Below are positions 1 through 10,077 of a DNA stretch of 64,000 nucleotides, one piece after another; the stretch's first letter is position 1; each line of letters opens with the position of its first letter. The translations under genes were made by a program, and so were the position numbers. Source of the DNA: Acidimicrobiia bacterium (lineage in GTDB: Bacteria; Actinomycetota; Acidimicrobiia; Spongiisociales; ZC4RG35); the NCBI GenBank assembly GCA_965215185.1, contig OZ244034.1, forward strand, positions 2,048,001-2,112,000. The letters run 5' to 3'. The notes beneath the pieces are model-generated. The model saw nothing but the letters and a program-made list of their open reading frames with translations. It searched no databases and was not told where the DNA came from.

Positions 1-11
1 ACGGACGGAAG

Positions 12-2294
12 GTGGAGCCGGGGACCGTGACGGCGGTCGCCTACAACAATCGCGCCGCCCTGGAGATGCGACAACGTTTGCAGAGACACGGCCTGCACAT
101 TCGCACCATCCACTCTCTCGGGTGGGCAATCATCCGTGACATCCGTCCTGATGCCACACTGCTTGACGAACGGGGGGTGAGGGCGCGGCTTCGGGGCATG
201 ATCCCCACCGCGCCTCGACCCAACACCGACATAATCGGCCCCTACCTGGAAGGTCTGGGGGAAATCCGGATCGCTCTGCGCAACCCGACCCAGGTTGAGG
301 AAGACCGCGATGATGTGGATGGCTTGGCCGGAATTTTCGACAAGTACCGCTCCTTGCTATCGCAGAGGAACGAGGTCGACTACGACGAGCAAATCTACGG
401 CGCGATCGAAATGCTGCTTGCCGATCCGGACCTGCGGCACAAATGGCAGAAGCGCTGCCGCCATCTGCTGGTCGACGAATTCCAGGACCTGACCCCCGCC
501 TATCTTCTCCTGCTGCGGCTGCTGTCCTCACCCGAATTGAATGTGTTCGCAGTGGGAGATGATGATCAGACCATCTACGGCTATGTGGGGGCCGACCCGA
601 GGTACCTGATCGACTTCGACCGTCTCTTCCCCGGCGCCGGCGCCAGCGCGCTCACCGTGAACTACCGATGTCCCAGCCAAGTCGTGACGGGCGCCTCGCG
701 GTTGCTGTCATATAACCGGCGGCGGATTCCCAAGGAGATCAAGGCGGCTGCCAACCCCCAGCCAGACACCTTTCGGATCATTGCGCCCGGCCAGTCTCAG
801 ATGGCGACCGAGGCGGCGAAGATCATCACCAAATGGCGAAAAGAAGGCGTCCCTGCCGAGGAGATGGCGGTGCTGGCCAGGGTCAACTCGGCGCTGCTGC
901 CGATACTGGCGGCGTTAGACGAGACCGAAACGTTGTCTCATTCACAACTGGACACGGGCCTATTGAACCGGACCACCATGCGGGCGACTCTGGCCTGGAT
1001 CCGGCTGGCGCTCAACACCGAATTCATGAGTCGGACAGATCTCATGGAAGCGGTGCGCAGACCCGCCCGACGGATCAACCGACTAGCTTCCGAACTGATC
1101 CCCCACCGAGACGACATCTCGCTGGATCAGCTTTCCGCCCTTGCCGGTAAGTTGGACGATCGGAAGGCCCAGACCTGGAAGCGGTTCGTCGATGCTATCG
1201 AAGAGGCCTCGCACGTCGCTCGACAAGGAAACTCCGGCGCCCTTTTGGACTTTCTATCCCTGGAAATCGGACTGGGCAGAGTCGCCCAAAAGCTGGACTC
1301 CAGTCGCAGCAGAGCTGATCGCTCCACACACACCGACGACCTGGTGGCGCTGCGTCGCACGGCTGCCATCTATCGGGACCTGCCGAGCTTCGAAGTCCGG
1401 CTTCGTCGCTTGCTGGGACGAAAGACCCCAGAGTCAGGAGTAACCGTAACCACCATCCACCGGGTGAAGGGCTTGGAATGGGACCGGGTGGTCGTCTTCG
1501 GAGTGGATCAAGGGCTGGTACCCCATGTGCTCAGCGAAGACGTAGAGGAGGAACGCCGGGTGCTCCATGTGGCGATCACCAGATGCCGCCAAAAGGCCGT
1601 AGTAGTGGCCGAGGCGGGAAAGGAGTCGCCTTTTCTCACTGAATTGACGAAGGGGATCGGCGAGAGTCGAGGGGGCGCAATTCGGTCGGCTACACCCACT
1701 GGGCGACCGGCCGCCAGAGGAGACCGAAGATCCGGGACGCAGCCCGATGGCGCTCTGCACGAGACGCTGCTGGAGTGGCGCCGGCAGACCGCCCGCCAAG
1801 AGGCACTCCCTGCCTACATAATCGTGAACAATCGAGCATTGGAGGAGATCGCCCGCACCCGGCCCCACACCAAGGCGGATCTTCTCCAGATACCCGGCAT
1901 CGGCCCGGGCAAACTGGAGCGTTACGGACAAGCACTCCTCGATCTGATCGCCTCCCACCCCACCCAGCAGTCAGACCAAGACAAAGCGCCCAGCATCCAG
2001 ATGACGACCCGACTCGCTCCACCGGTCCAGGCCAAAAGGCCGCCGGCGTCCGAACCAACCACCCCTGAGGACACCGTCCTGTTCGAAGCGCTCCGAGAGT
2101 GGCGCCTGCAGGAGGCTCGCAAGAACAATGTTCCCGCTTACACCATCCTCGGCAATCGGACATTGCAGGAAATCGTCCTCGCCCGACCCCGCAACACCGC
2201 AGAGCTACTCCAAATCCATGGCATAGGCCCCAAGAAACTCGACCAGTACGGGCAGGACGTCCTCAATGTGGTGAAATCCGAGCCATTTGCCTGA
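12..2294 (+). CDS. UvrD/PcrA-family SF1A DNA helicase with two C-terminal HRDC domains (5'-truncated by window edge)
   Basis: Motifs LLVDEFQD, AVGDDDQTIY, NYRC, TTIHRVKGLEW, EERRVLHVAITR. Two HRDC repeats (LxEWR...PAY.I...L.EI...P.....LLQI.GIGP.KL..YG). Walker A is not in the ORF, so the real start lies upstream of the window. Confidence 0.92.
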   Translation: MEPGTVTAVAYNNRAALEMRQRLQRHGLHIRTIHSLGWAIIRDIRPDATLLDERGVRARLRGMIPTAPRPNTDIIGPYLEGLGEIRIALRNPTQVEEDRDDVDGLAGIFDKYRSLLSQRNEVDYDEQIYGAIEMLLADPDLRHKWQKRCRHLLVDEFQDLTPAYLLLLRLLSSPELNVFAVGDDDQTIYGYVGADPRYLIDFDRLFPGAGASALTVNYRCPSQVVTGASRLLSYNRRRIPKEIKAAANPQPDTFRIIAPGQSQMATEAAKIITKWRKEGVPAEEMAVLARVNSALLPILAALDETETLSHSQLDTGLLNRTTMRATLAWIRLALNTEFMSRTDLMEAVRRPARRINRLASELIPHRDDISLDQLSALAGKLDDRKAQTWKRFVDAIEEASHVARQGNSGALLDFLSLEIGLGRVAQKLDSSRSRADRSTHTDDLVALRRTAAIYRDLPSFEVRLRRLLGRKTPESGVTVTTIHRVKGLEWDRVVVFGVDQGLVPHVLSEDVEEERRVLHVAITRCRQKAVVVAEAGKESPFLTELTKGIGESRGGAIRSATPTGRPAARGDRRSGTQPDGALHETLLEWRRQTARQEALPAYIIVNNRALEEIARTRPHTKADLLQIPGIGPGKLERYGQALLDLIASHPTQQSDQDKAPSIQMTTRLAPPVQAKRPPASEPTTPEDTVLFEALREWRLQEARKNNVPAYTILGNRTLQEIVLARPRNTAELLQIHGIGPKKLDQYGQDVLNVVKSEPFA

Positions 2295-2450
2295 ACGAAA
2301 GCTGTTCGGACAGCCGAAACACCTGGGCGCGGTAAACATCCCGTTCTAGGAAACCCTTCTTTTCGAACGCGGGCCCCGAATCCGACAAACCTGACCTCGG
2401 AACATCCCTAGCCTTCCCCTCACAGCAGTCCAGCCGGAGGAGATCAAACC

Positions 2451-2864
2451 ATGCACGACTACAAAACCTGGAATATAGAGGTAATCGAAGAATTCCGGGC
2501 CAATGGCGGATGGGCGGGCGGCAGGCTGGAGGGAATGCCGCTGTTGCTGCTTTTTAACGTCGGCGCCAAGACCGGCGAAATGCGGATCAACCCACTGGCC
2601 TATCTGGCAGTCGACGGCGGTTACGGCATTTTCGGCTCCAAGGGTGGAGGTCCCACCAATCCCGACTGGTACCACAACCTGGTAGCCAACCCCGACGTGA
2701 CGGTGGAGATCGGTGAGGAGACCATCTCGTGCCGGGCCCGTGTCACGCAAGGAGAAGAGCGGGACCGGATCTGGAGCCAACAGAAACAGGAATTCCCGCA
2801 GTTCGCCGACTACGAGACCAACACCACCCGCCAGATACCGGTCATACTGCTGGAACCCATGTAG
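2451..2864 (+). CDS. Deazaflavin (F420)-dependent nitroreductase family protein (Ddn-like)
   Basis: N..VIEEFRANGG, GAKTG..R.NPL, GSKGG.P.NPDWYHNL.ANP, F.DYE..T.RQIPV. RBS GGAGGAG upstream. Confidence 0.92.
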   Translation: MHDYKTWNIEVIEEFRANGGWAGGRLEGMPLLLLFNVGAKTGEMRINPLAYLAVDGGYGIFGSKGGGPTNPDWYHNLVANPDVTVEIGEETISCRARVTQGEERDRIWSQQKQEFPQFADYETNTTRQIPVILLEPM

Positions 2865-2897
2865 GTCCCCTGTCGAAGCGTTCCGGGGACTGACCGT

Positions 2898-4520
2898 ATG
2901 TACAGACACCCGATCCGCTGGGAATCGAGACGCTCGCCGATCCTGTCGACCAGGGGGATCGTCGCTTCCAGCCAACCCCTGGCAACCATGGCCGGCATCA
3001 CCGTTTTGCAGGACGGAGGCAACGCCGCAGACGCGGCGGTGGCCACGGCCGCCGCGCTGGCGGTCACCGAACCGGGCTCCACCGGGATCGGCGGGGACTG
3101 CTTCGCTCTGTTCTACCGATCTTCGGACGGAGTGGTCGAAGCGGTTAACGGCAGCGGACGCAGCCCGGAGGAGGTAACGCTTGATGTGGCCGGTGGCGCA
3201 CAAGGGTTCGATTCCCAGGGACCCCACTCGGTGACGGTGCCCGGCACGATCGCCGGGTGGGCCGACACAGTGGAACGCTTCGGCAAGATGCCCTTGGCCG
3301 AGGTGCTGAAGCCCGCCATCGCCTTGGCCGAGGACGGTTTCCCGGTAACGCCCATCATCAGCCGCGGCTGGCAGGGTCAAGAGACAATGCTGAGGAGGAA
3401 GGGTCCCGCAGGACAGGACCTGCTTTTGAACGGTCGGGCGCCACGGGCCGGTGAAGTCTGGCTCAACCCACCCATCGCCAGCGTTATGCGCTCCGTCGCC
3501 GAGGGCGGCCCACAGGCCTTCTACCAGGGCGCTCCTGCCCGGGCGATCATTGAAGCCTTGGACCGGCACGGCGGATGCATGACGATGCAGGATCTGAGCA
3601 GCCACCACTCCACCTTTGAAGCTCCCATCTCCACCACCTATCGCGACCACACCATCTATGAATGCCCACCCAACGGCCAGGGCATCACGGCACTGCTGGC
3701 TCTCAACATCCTGGAAGGATGTGACCTGCCCTCGACGCGCCCCCGCTCGGTAGAAGCCCTACACCCGATGATTGAGGCGGTTCGGCTCGCCTTCGCCGAC
3801 GCTCGCGCCTACCTGGCCGACCCCGCCCGTGCCCACGTTCCGGTCGCCACGATGCTCAGCAAGCAATACGCGGCCCAGCGGCGCAACCTGATCTCCCCCG
3901 ACACCGCCATCACCATGGCCACGGCTGGCGACTTGCCGGGGGGCTCTGACACGGTGTATCTGTGCACCGTGGACCGCGATGGAAACGCCTGCTCCTTCAT
4001 CAACAGCAATTACCAGGGTTTTGGCAGTGGCATCGTGCCCCGCCACTGTGGCTTCAGCCTGCAGAACCGCGGAGCGGGATTCGCACTCGACCCGCGTCAC
4101 CCGAACGCGCTGGCGGGAGGCAAGCGGCCCTACCACACCATCATGCCGGCCATTCTCACTCGGCCTGACGGGTCGCTGTTCGCCCCCTTCGGCGTGATGG
4201 GCGGTTGGAACCAGCCCCAAGGACACACCCAGGTGGTGATCAATCTGATCGACCGCGGGATGGATCCGCAGGCCGCTATCGACGAACCCCGCTTTTCGAT
4301 CTTCACCGACCCTCCCAACGGTGACATCTGGGTGGAGGACGGCATTCCCTCGGCAACGATCCGAGATCTCGCCCGACTCGGGCATCCCGTTCGTCCCGCC
4401 TCGGGCGCCCTCCGCGCCAGCGCCGTGGGGCAAGGTCAGATCATCGTTCGCGATCCGGACACCGGAGTCTTGTGGGCCGGTTCAGATCCCCGGGGCGACG
4501 GTAACGCTATTGGCCTTTAG
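2898..4520 (+). CDS. ggt: Gamma-glutamyltransferase family protein
   Basis: GGNAADAAVA, GIGGDCF, PPNGQG, nucleophile Thr in GSDTVY, LQNRG, KRPYHTIMP, GSDPRGDG. Confidence 0.93.
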   Translation: MYRHPIRWESRRSPILSTRGIVASSQPLATMAGITVLQDGGNAADAAVATAAALAVTEPGSTGIGGDCFALFYRSSDGVVEAVNGSGRSPEEVTLDVAGGAQGFDSQGPHSVTVPGTIAGWADTVERFGKMPLAEVLKPAIALAEDGFPVTPIISRGWQGQETMLRRKGPAGQDLLLNGRAPRAGEVWLNPPIASVMRSVAEGGPQAFYQGAPARAIIEALDRHGGCMTMQDLSSHHSTFEAPISTTYRDHTIYECPPNGQGITALLALNILEGCDLPSTRPRSVEALHPMIEAVRLAFADARAYLADPARAHVPVATMLSKQYAAQRRNLISPDTAITMATAGDLPGGSDTVYLCTVDRDGNACSFINSNYQGFGSGIVPRHCGFSLQNRGAGFALDPRHPNALAGGKRPYHTIMPAILTRPDGSLFAPFGVMGGWNQPQGHTQVVINLIDRGMDPQAAIDEPRFSIFTDPPNGDIWVEDGIPSATIRDLARLGHPVRPASGALRASAVGQGQIIVRDPDTGVLWAGSDPRGDGNAIGL

Positions 4521-4637
4521 CGGACCCTTGGACCATGATCCGAAGACAAGTCGGAGTCTTGAACATCGCCCGTGTACTGACACACGGCAGGACGCCGCCT
4601 TGGAGTAGCGCTCCCTGTCGGCTCTGAGATCGGTTGG

Positions 4638-6119
4638 CTAATCGCTGCCGGTCTCGCAGGACTGGACTAAAACACAGGGGTGAACCTCGATGATCGCCCT
4701 CAGAGGTGAGTATCGGACACCCCACAGCTGGACGGTTTGTTTTCCTCCCTGGTTGATAGTGCGACTGATCCTCACCGTCCAGCCGTCGATCGCGGGCTGG
4801 AGGTATTTTGTCTGGCCGGTCCTTAACTGAGAATTGGGGCGATATAAGGGTTTGGGCGGGGTGGTCCTGTTGATACGCCTGGAAACATCAGCCGTCACCA
4901 CTCTCGCCTGATCCCCTCCATCAGCGATAACTTCCAGGTGTCCTTCTCCATCTTTCCACTCTCCAATCACCACCCGCCCGTCGTTGTCACCAAAGAATGT
5001 CACCGTCAGAGAAGTGCTGGTGTACTCAGATCGGATCAACACGTTTCGCGAAGAGGTATTGCGAAAGATCACATCCAGGCCTGGCCAGTCGAGGGTGGCT
5101 TCAATGCCTTCGGGATAGCGGGAGAAATAGCGGCTGTGAGGTTTATGGGCTATGTCCTGGTACCCGCCCCAGAACACCGCGTTGTAGAAGGTGGTAGCAA
5201 ATTGGCTCACTCCCCCTCCCACGGTGTGGACCAACTCTCCGTTCATCAAAGTGCCTGCCTGCAAGAAGCCCTTCTCGACAGTGCGTTCCCCCACCTGCCT
5301 ATTGAGGCTGAAATTCTCTCCCGGGCGGACGATCACACCATCGACTTTGTCGGCAAACAACTGTATGTTTGTTACCCGGTCAGCGCAGCATGGATGATAG
5401 GTTGTGTACTGCGATACCAGATGAAGAAGACTCTGACCGTCGACATCCTGCAAGTATTCCACGGTAGGAACCAGCTTCAGGGCTCTGGCCAAAAAGGTCG
5501 CCATCTCAGCTCGTGTGACTGACCGGGCGGGACAGTACCGAAGGGGGTTGGTGGCACATCCGATAGTAATACTCGAGACTGCCAACACATTGATATCGCG
5601 GGCGTGCGTATTGCCTTCGGTGTCGGTGAACCGGATAGCACTGGTGCCCTCCAACTCAAGGGCGCGGACCAACCCGGCTAGGTTGAACGCCCTAGTCAAG
5701 AAACTTGCCATTTGCGCCCGGGTGACCGGTTGGTGTGGGCAAAATAGAGCCGGATTGACCCCACAACCCTTGGTGATCCCCAACTCCGCAAGTCGTTCCA
5801 CATATCCCGCCCACCAGACATCACTCTCAACATCTGCGAAGACAGTGGCGTCAACTGCGGGCGGCTCCTCCTCTCCTAGCGCCCTCACAATCCAGACCGC
5901 CATCACCCAGCGGGGTAGCGGCTCGTCGGGACAGAAGCCTCCGGTATCACATTCGGTCCCGGTGAGAATCCCCGCCGCCTCCAGGGCTTCGATGGCAATC
6001 CTGTGCGCCCCTGTTTCGGCGATATCGTCATATTCCAACGCAACCACCGGTGAGGTGGCGGGCGCCAAAGCCGCTACCACCACCAGAGCGAGCAGAATTG
6101 GGATACGAAAGCGAAACAT
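4638..6119 (-). CDS. Secreted SLH-domain protein with VanW domain
   Basis: Signal peptide; three SLH-like repeats (FCP..P.TRAQMA.FL.RA); VanW motifs FSLN..VG.R..EKGF, GGGVSQFATT.YNA, HS.Y..RYP.G.EAT. Confidence 0.85.
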   Translation of the reverse strand: MFRFRIPILLALVVVAALAPATSPVVALEYDDIAETGAHRIAIEALEAAGILTGTECDTGGFCPDEPLPRWVMAVWIVRALGEEEPPAVDATVFADVESDVWWAGYVERLAELGITKGCGVNPALFCPHQPVTRAQMASFLTRAFNLAGLVRALELEGTSAIRFTDTEGNTHARDINVLAVSSITIGCATNPLRYCPARSVTRAEMATFLARALKLVPTVEYLQDVDGQSLLHLVSQYTTYHPCCADRVTNIQLFADKVDGVIVRPGENFSLNRQVGERTVEKGFLQAGTLMNGELVHTVGGGVSQFATTFYNAVFWGGYQDIAHKPHSRYFSRYPEGIEATLDWPGLDVIFRNTSSRNVLIRSEYTSTSLTVTFFGDNDGRVVIGEWKDGEGHLEVIADGGDQARVVTADVSRRINRTTPPKPLYRPNSQLRTGQTKYLQPAIDGWTVRISRTINQGGKQTVQLWGVRYSPLRAIIEVHPCVLVQSCETGSD

Positions 6120-6516
6120 ATACAGACTTCAACTAGAGGTTGACATTCCTCACTAAACCAGAGGCTTGCTGTTGAAGGCTATTGGCAGCCTGCAACACAA
6201 CAAAGGCTTTCCGGTCTGCCACCCATCTCCTTGCCTTGGCTGCAGGCTGATTCATTGACCGCAGGCCGACAGAGGATGGCGAGAATTCCCCTTTACTGAA
6301 GCTGGACTTTCCCGTGACACATCCACCTGCCTGTGAACCCGAACGCAGTTGGGACGTCGGAGAATTCCAGATAGCATCAAAGCGCAGTTCAAATCGGAGC
6401 AACCATCAAGAATCCATACTTCCCTCTCCATAGGAGTGTTTCCCGGTTGCCCTTCCAGAACCTCCCACCCATACTCACGTTGGCGCTCACCCTGACTCGA
6501 ATTTGACTACCGGACC

Positions 6517-7764
6517 ATGAAACCCTCCCGACAGAAGACACCCCCCTTTGTTTCCTCCGAAGCCCCTATTCCCTGGGCAGTGGTGGTGGCCGGCGCCGCC
6601 ATCGCCTTCCTGGTGATGGGAACTCGTCAAACATTTGGAATTTTTCTAACACCGGTAACCGACGAATTGGGGTCGGGGCGGGAGCCGTATAGCCTGGCCG
6701 TTGCCATCCTCAGCTTGATCATGGGGTTGCCGGTCGGAGCCTATCTGGCCGACCGTTTCAATCCGCGGCAGGTGCTATTTTCGTCAGCGCTTATCTTCGT
6801 CGTTGCCATGTTCGGGGTGTCGCGTCTTTCCTCCGCGGCGGGTCTTCTGTTCTATTTGGGAATCCTGGGTGGAATCGGATTCAGCGGCGTATCCCTGGCG
6901 CTGGTGATGGGGGCAGTGGGCAGACTGGTACCGGCCGAGCGGCGGTCATCGATTCTGGGAGTAATAACAGCCGGCGCCTCGCTGGGAATGTTCCTGACCG
7001 TGCCGGCGGCGCAATTCGGAGTGGAGAGGATCGGCTGGCGGTGGAGCTACGGCCTGATTGCCGTTGGCGGTCTGCTCATCGCGGCCTTGGCTTTTTTGTT
7101 CCCCGGCGGGGGCGAGAAGGGGAATGGGAGCAAGGACACCATCGATGAGCCGTTCGTTGAGACTCTCCGGACGGCCCGGCGCAACCGCAGCTACCTGCTG
7201 CTCACCTCCGGGTTCTTCGTCTGCGGATTCCATGTGGGTTTCATCGCTATCCATCTGCCCGCCTTCCTGACCGACGGTGGCCTGAGCGGCAGGGTGGCTT
7301 CAATCTCCTTGGCCATGATCGGTCTATTCAACATCTTCGGTTCTTCGCTGTTCGGGCGCCTGGGAGACACCTATCGCAAACGCACCTTGCTCTCCCTGCT
7401 TTACGGCATCCGGGGGGTGTTGATGGTGGCTCTACTGCTGGCGCCTCTCACCCCGGTCACAGCCATTCTGTTCGGCGCCGCCATGGGAACGGTGTGGCTG
7501 GGAACGGTGCCGCTCACCTCGGCCACCGTTGCCCAACTGCTCGGGGCCCGCTATCTCACCACCATGTTCGGATTGGTGTTTTTGTCCCATCAAATGGGAG
7601 GGTTCTTGGGAGTCTGGCTGGGTGGGCGGGTGTTCGACGCCACCGGATCCTACGTCCCGATCTGGCTGATCGCCATCGGACTGTCGGTGGCGGCGGTGCT
7701 GGTGCACCTCCCCATCCAGGATCAACGGCAAACAGAGCCGGTCACGGCGGAAGGGAAAACGTGA
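6517..7764 (+). CDS. MFS transporter
   Basis: About 12 hydrophobic segments; G.LADRF, FFVCGFH, G.LGD, SHQ.GGFLG.WLGG..FD.TGSY. Confidence 0.9.
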   Translation: MKPSRQKTPPFVSSEAPIPWAVVVAGAAIAFLVMGTRQTFGIFLTPVTDELGSGREPYSLAVAILSLIMGLPVGAYLADRFNPRQVLFSSALIFVVAMFGVSRLSSAAGLLFYLGILGGIGFSGVSLALVMGAVGRLVPAERRSSILGVITAGASLGMFLTVPAAQFGVERIGWRWSYGLIAVGGLLIAALAFLFPGGGEKGNGSKDTIDEPFVETLRTARRNRSYLLLTSGFFVCGFHVGFIAIHLPAFLTDGGLSGRVASISLAMIGLFNIFGSSLFGRLGDTYRKRTLLSLLYGIRGVLMVALLLAPLTPVTAILFGAAMGTVWLGTVPLTSATVAQLLGARYLTTMFGLVFLSHQMGGFLGVWLGGRVFDATGSYVPIWLIAIGLSVAAVLVHLPIQDQRQTEPVTAEGKT

Positions 7765-7768
7765 GAGG

Positions 7769-9016
7769 GTGACCGTCCCTTTCTCTGAGGCCGAGGAAAA
7801 TACTGACAGGGTCCTCGGAGCTCCTTCCCCATCACGGGTTCCCTGGGCGATAGTGCTGGCCGGGGCCGCCATCGGCCTGTTGTCGATGGGGATCCGACAG
7901 TCATTGGGAGTATTTCTACTGGCGGTAAGCGAAGACCTGGGACCGGGACGGGAACCGTTCAGCCTGGCCGTGGCGGTGCTGAGCCTGCTCATGGGCCTAC
8001 CGGTCGCCGGTTATCTGGCTGATCGCTTCGACCACCGAAGAGTCCTGCTGGCCAGTGCCCTCACCTACGGCTTCGCCCTGATTATGGTGTCCCAGCTTCA
8101 ATCCTCGACCGGTTTGGTGCTGTATCTGGGAGTGGTGGCCGGCCTGGGCACCAGCGGACTGTCATTCGGGGTGTTGATGGGCGCGATCGGGAGGCTGGTC
8201 CCCTTCGAACGACGCTCGGCGATGATGGGAATGGTGGCCGCCGGGACTTCTCTGGGAATGGTGATAGTGGCGCCTACCGCTCAGTGGGGTCTGGAGGCAT
8301 TCGGCTGGCGACCCTCCTTCGCCACGATGGGTGCAGTAGCTCTGGCGATGAGCGCCCTTGCCTTTCTGTTTCCCAACAAGGCCACCATGAGCGAACAAAG
8401 AAAAGGGGTGGTGGACGAACCGTTCACCGAAACGCTGTCAACAGCCCGCCGCAACCGCAGCTACTTGCTGCTCACCGCCGGGTTCTTTGTCAACGGTTTC
8501 CACATCGGGATGATCGTCACCCACCTGCCCGCCTATCTGATCGACGGCGGGGTCACCGGGGCAATGGCTTCCCTCACTCTGGCGGTGATCGGAGGGATCA
8601 ACATCTATAGCTCACAGCTGTTTGGACGGCTGGGAGACACCCACCGCAAACGCAACCTTCTCATGCTGATCTATGGGACCCGGGCCCCGCTTATCGCCGG
8701 CCTCTTGCTGCTGCCGACCAGTACGACTACCGCTCTTCTCTTTGGAGTATGCATCGGGATTGTGTGGATGGGGCCGGTGGCCCTTACCTCAGCCACGGTC
8801 GCCCACCTGCTCGGCGCCCGGTACCTTTCGGCGCTGTTCGGAGTGGTGTTCTTCTCCCACCAGATCGGAGCTTCCCTGGGCGGATGGCTACCCGGCCGGG
8901 TGTTCGACGCCACCGGCTCCTACCTGCCCGTCTGGTTGGTGGCGATCGGATTGGCGGTGGCGGCCGTCTTCATCCACCTCCCCATCCAGGACCAAGGCGA
9001 AGCAGTCGGGAACTGA
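7769..9016 (+). CDS. MFS transporter (tandem paralog of upstream gene)
   Basis: Same length (415 aa) and colinear motifs with 6517..7764 (GREP.SLAVA.LSL.MGLP, DEPF.ETL.TARRNRSYLLLT, FDATGSY.P.WL.AIGL). Confidence 0.9.
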   Translation: MTVPFSEAEENTDRVLGAPSPSRVPWAIVLAGAAIGLLSMGIRQSLGVFLLAVSEDLGPGREPFSLAVAVLSLLMGLPVAGYLADRFDHRRVLLASALTYGFALIMVSQLQSSTGLVLYLGVVAGLGTSGLSFGVLMGAIGRLVPFERRSAMMGMVAAGTSLGMVIVAPTAQWGLEAFGWRPSFATMGAVALAMSALAFLFPNKATMSEQRKGVVDEPFTETLSTARRNRSYLLLTAGFFVNGFHIGMIVTHLPAYLIDGGVTGAMASLTLAVIGGINIYSSQLFGRLGDTHRKRNLLMLIYGTRAPLIAGLLLLPTSTTTALLFGVCIGIVWMGPVALTSATVAHLLGARYLSALFGVVFFSHQIGASLGGWLPGRVFDATGSYLPVWLVAIGLAVAAVFIHLPIQDQGEAVGN

Positions 9017-9107
9017 GCCTCGACAGGACCCCTGGACTTACTCGGCGGGGGGAAGCCCAACTAACCGGACCGTCAACTCACAGCTTCGGGTCATCTGACG
9101 GAGTTGC

Positions 9108-9974
9108 TCATTCCTCAGCTACCACCGGGTTGCGGAGGACGCCCAATCCGTCGATTTCCACCTCGGTCACGTCGCCGGGCCGAAGCCAGCGAGGAGGAGT
9201 ACGGGCCATTCCCACCCCCGGCGGGGTGCCGGTGGCGATCACATCCCCGGTCTGCAGCGTCATCACCGAACTGAGTTCGGCAATGAGTGTGGGGATATCG
9301 AAGATCATGTCCCTGGTGTTGGCATCTTGGAGCGTCTCCCCACTGACCCGGCAGCGAATACCCAGATTGTGCGGGTCGGGGATTTCGTCAGCAGTCACCA
9401 GGGCCGGCCCCATCGGCGAAAAGGTGTCAAAATTCTTACCCAGGGTCCATTGGGTGGTGCGCAACTGGTAGTCACGGGCCGACACGTCGTGGAAGGGCAC
9501 ATACCCGACCACGTGTTCATAGGCGCGCTCAGGTGGGATGTTCCGCCCTCCAGCGCCGATCACCAACCCCAGTTCCGCCTCGTAGTCCACCTTCTTGCTG
9601 ATCTTGGGCAACACAATGGGCGCGTCCGGCCCGATGATGGTGGTGGAATACTTGGCGAACACCACTACGTTCTCGGGAGGCTGGCTCCCGGTTTCAACCG
9701 CGTGGGCAGCATAGTTCTCTCCGATTCCGAACATTTTGGGAGGGTTGAGAATGGGTGCAAGCAGTTCGATCTCGGCATCCGACCATGGTCTTCCTCCAAA
9801 GCCGGCCACTGCCTCGGCGGCCCGCTCCAAGAGTTGCGGTCCACCAGACAGCAACTCCATCATGTCGGTGGGCAACGCCGAATCGGCCTGGTGGAGATCC
9901 ACCACACCCTCATCGGTCTGTGCCCCGATCCTGATCCTTCCTGCTTGTTTGAATGTCACTAAACGCATGGCCAC
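9108..9974 (-). CDS. Fumarylacetoacetate hydrolase (FAH) family protein
   Basis: IG.NY..H, VDYEAEL, DVSARD.Q, GKNFDTF.PMGP, GDVIATGTP.GVG. Confidence 0.93.
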   Translation of the reverse strand: MAMRLVTFKQAGRIRIGAQTDEGVVDLHQADSALPTDMMELLSGGPQLLERAAEAVAGFGGRPWSDAEIELLAPILNPPKMFGIGENYAAHAVETGSQPPENVVVFAKYSTTIIGPDAPIVLPKISKKVDYEAELGLVIGAGGRNIPPERAYEHVVGYVPFHDVSARDYQLRTTQWTLGKNFDTFSPMGPALVTADEIPDPHNLGIRCRVSGETLQDANTRDMIFDIPTLIAELSSVMTLQTGDVIATGTPPGVGMARTPPRWLRPGDVTEVEIDGLGVLRNPVVAEE

Positions 9975-10077
9975 TCACTTTACAGCCCGGGAAAACCTCT
10001 CCCACCCGCCCGTTCGTCCACCAACCCGCAGGGTCGCCCTGCCCGGCAAGCAAGCAGATCGGATAAGATACACCGTC

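Noticed and set aside
4638-6119. Vancomycin resistance locus
   Set aside because: VanW domain alone, without vanHAX/RS genes, does not imply resistance.
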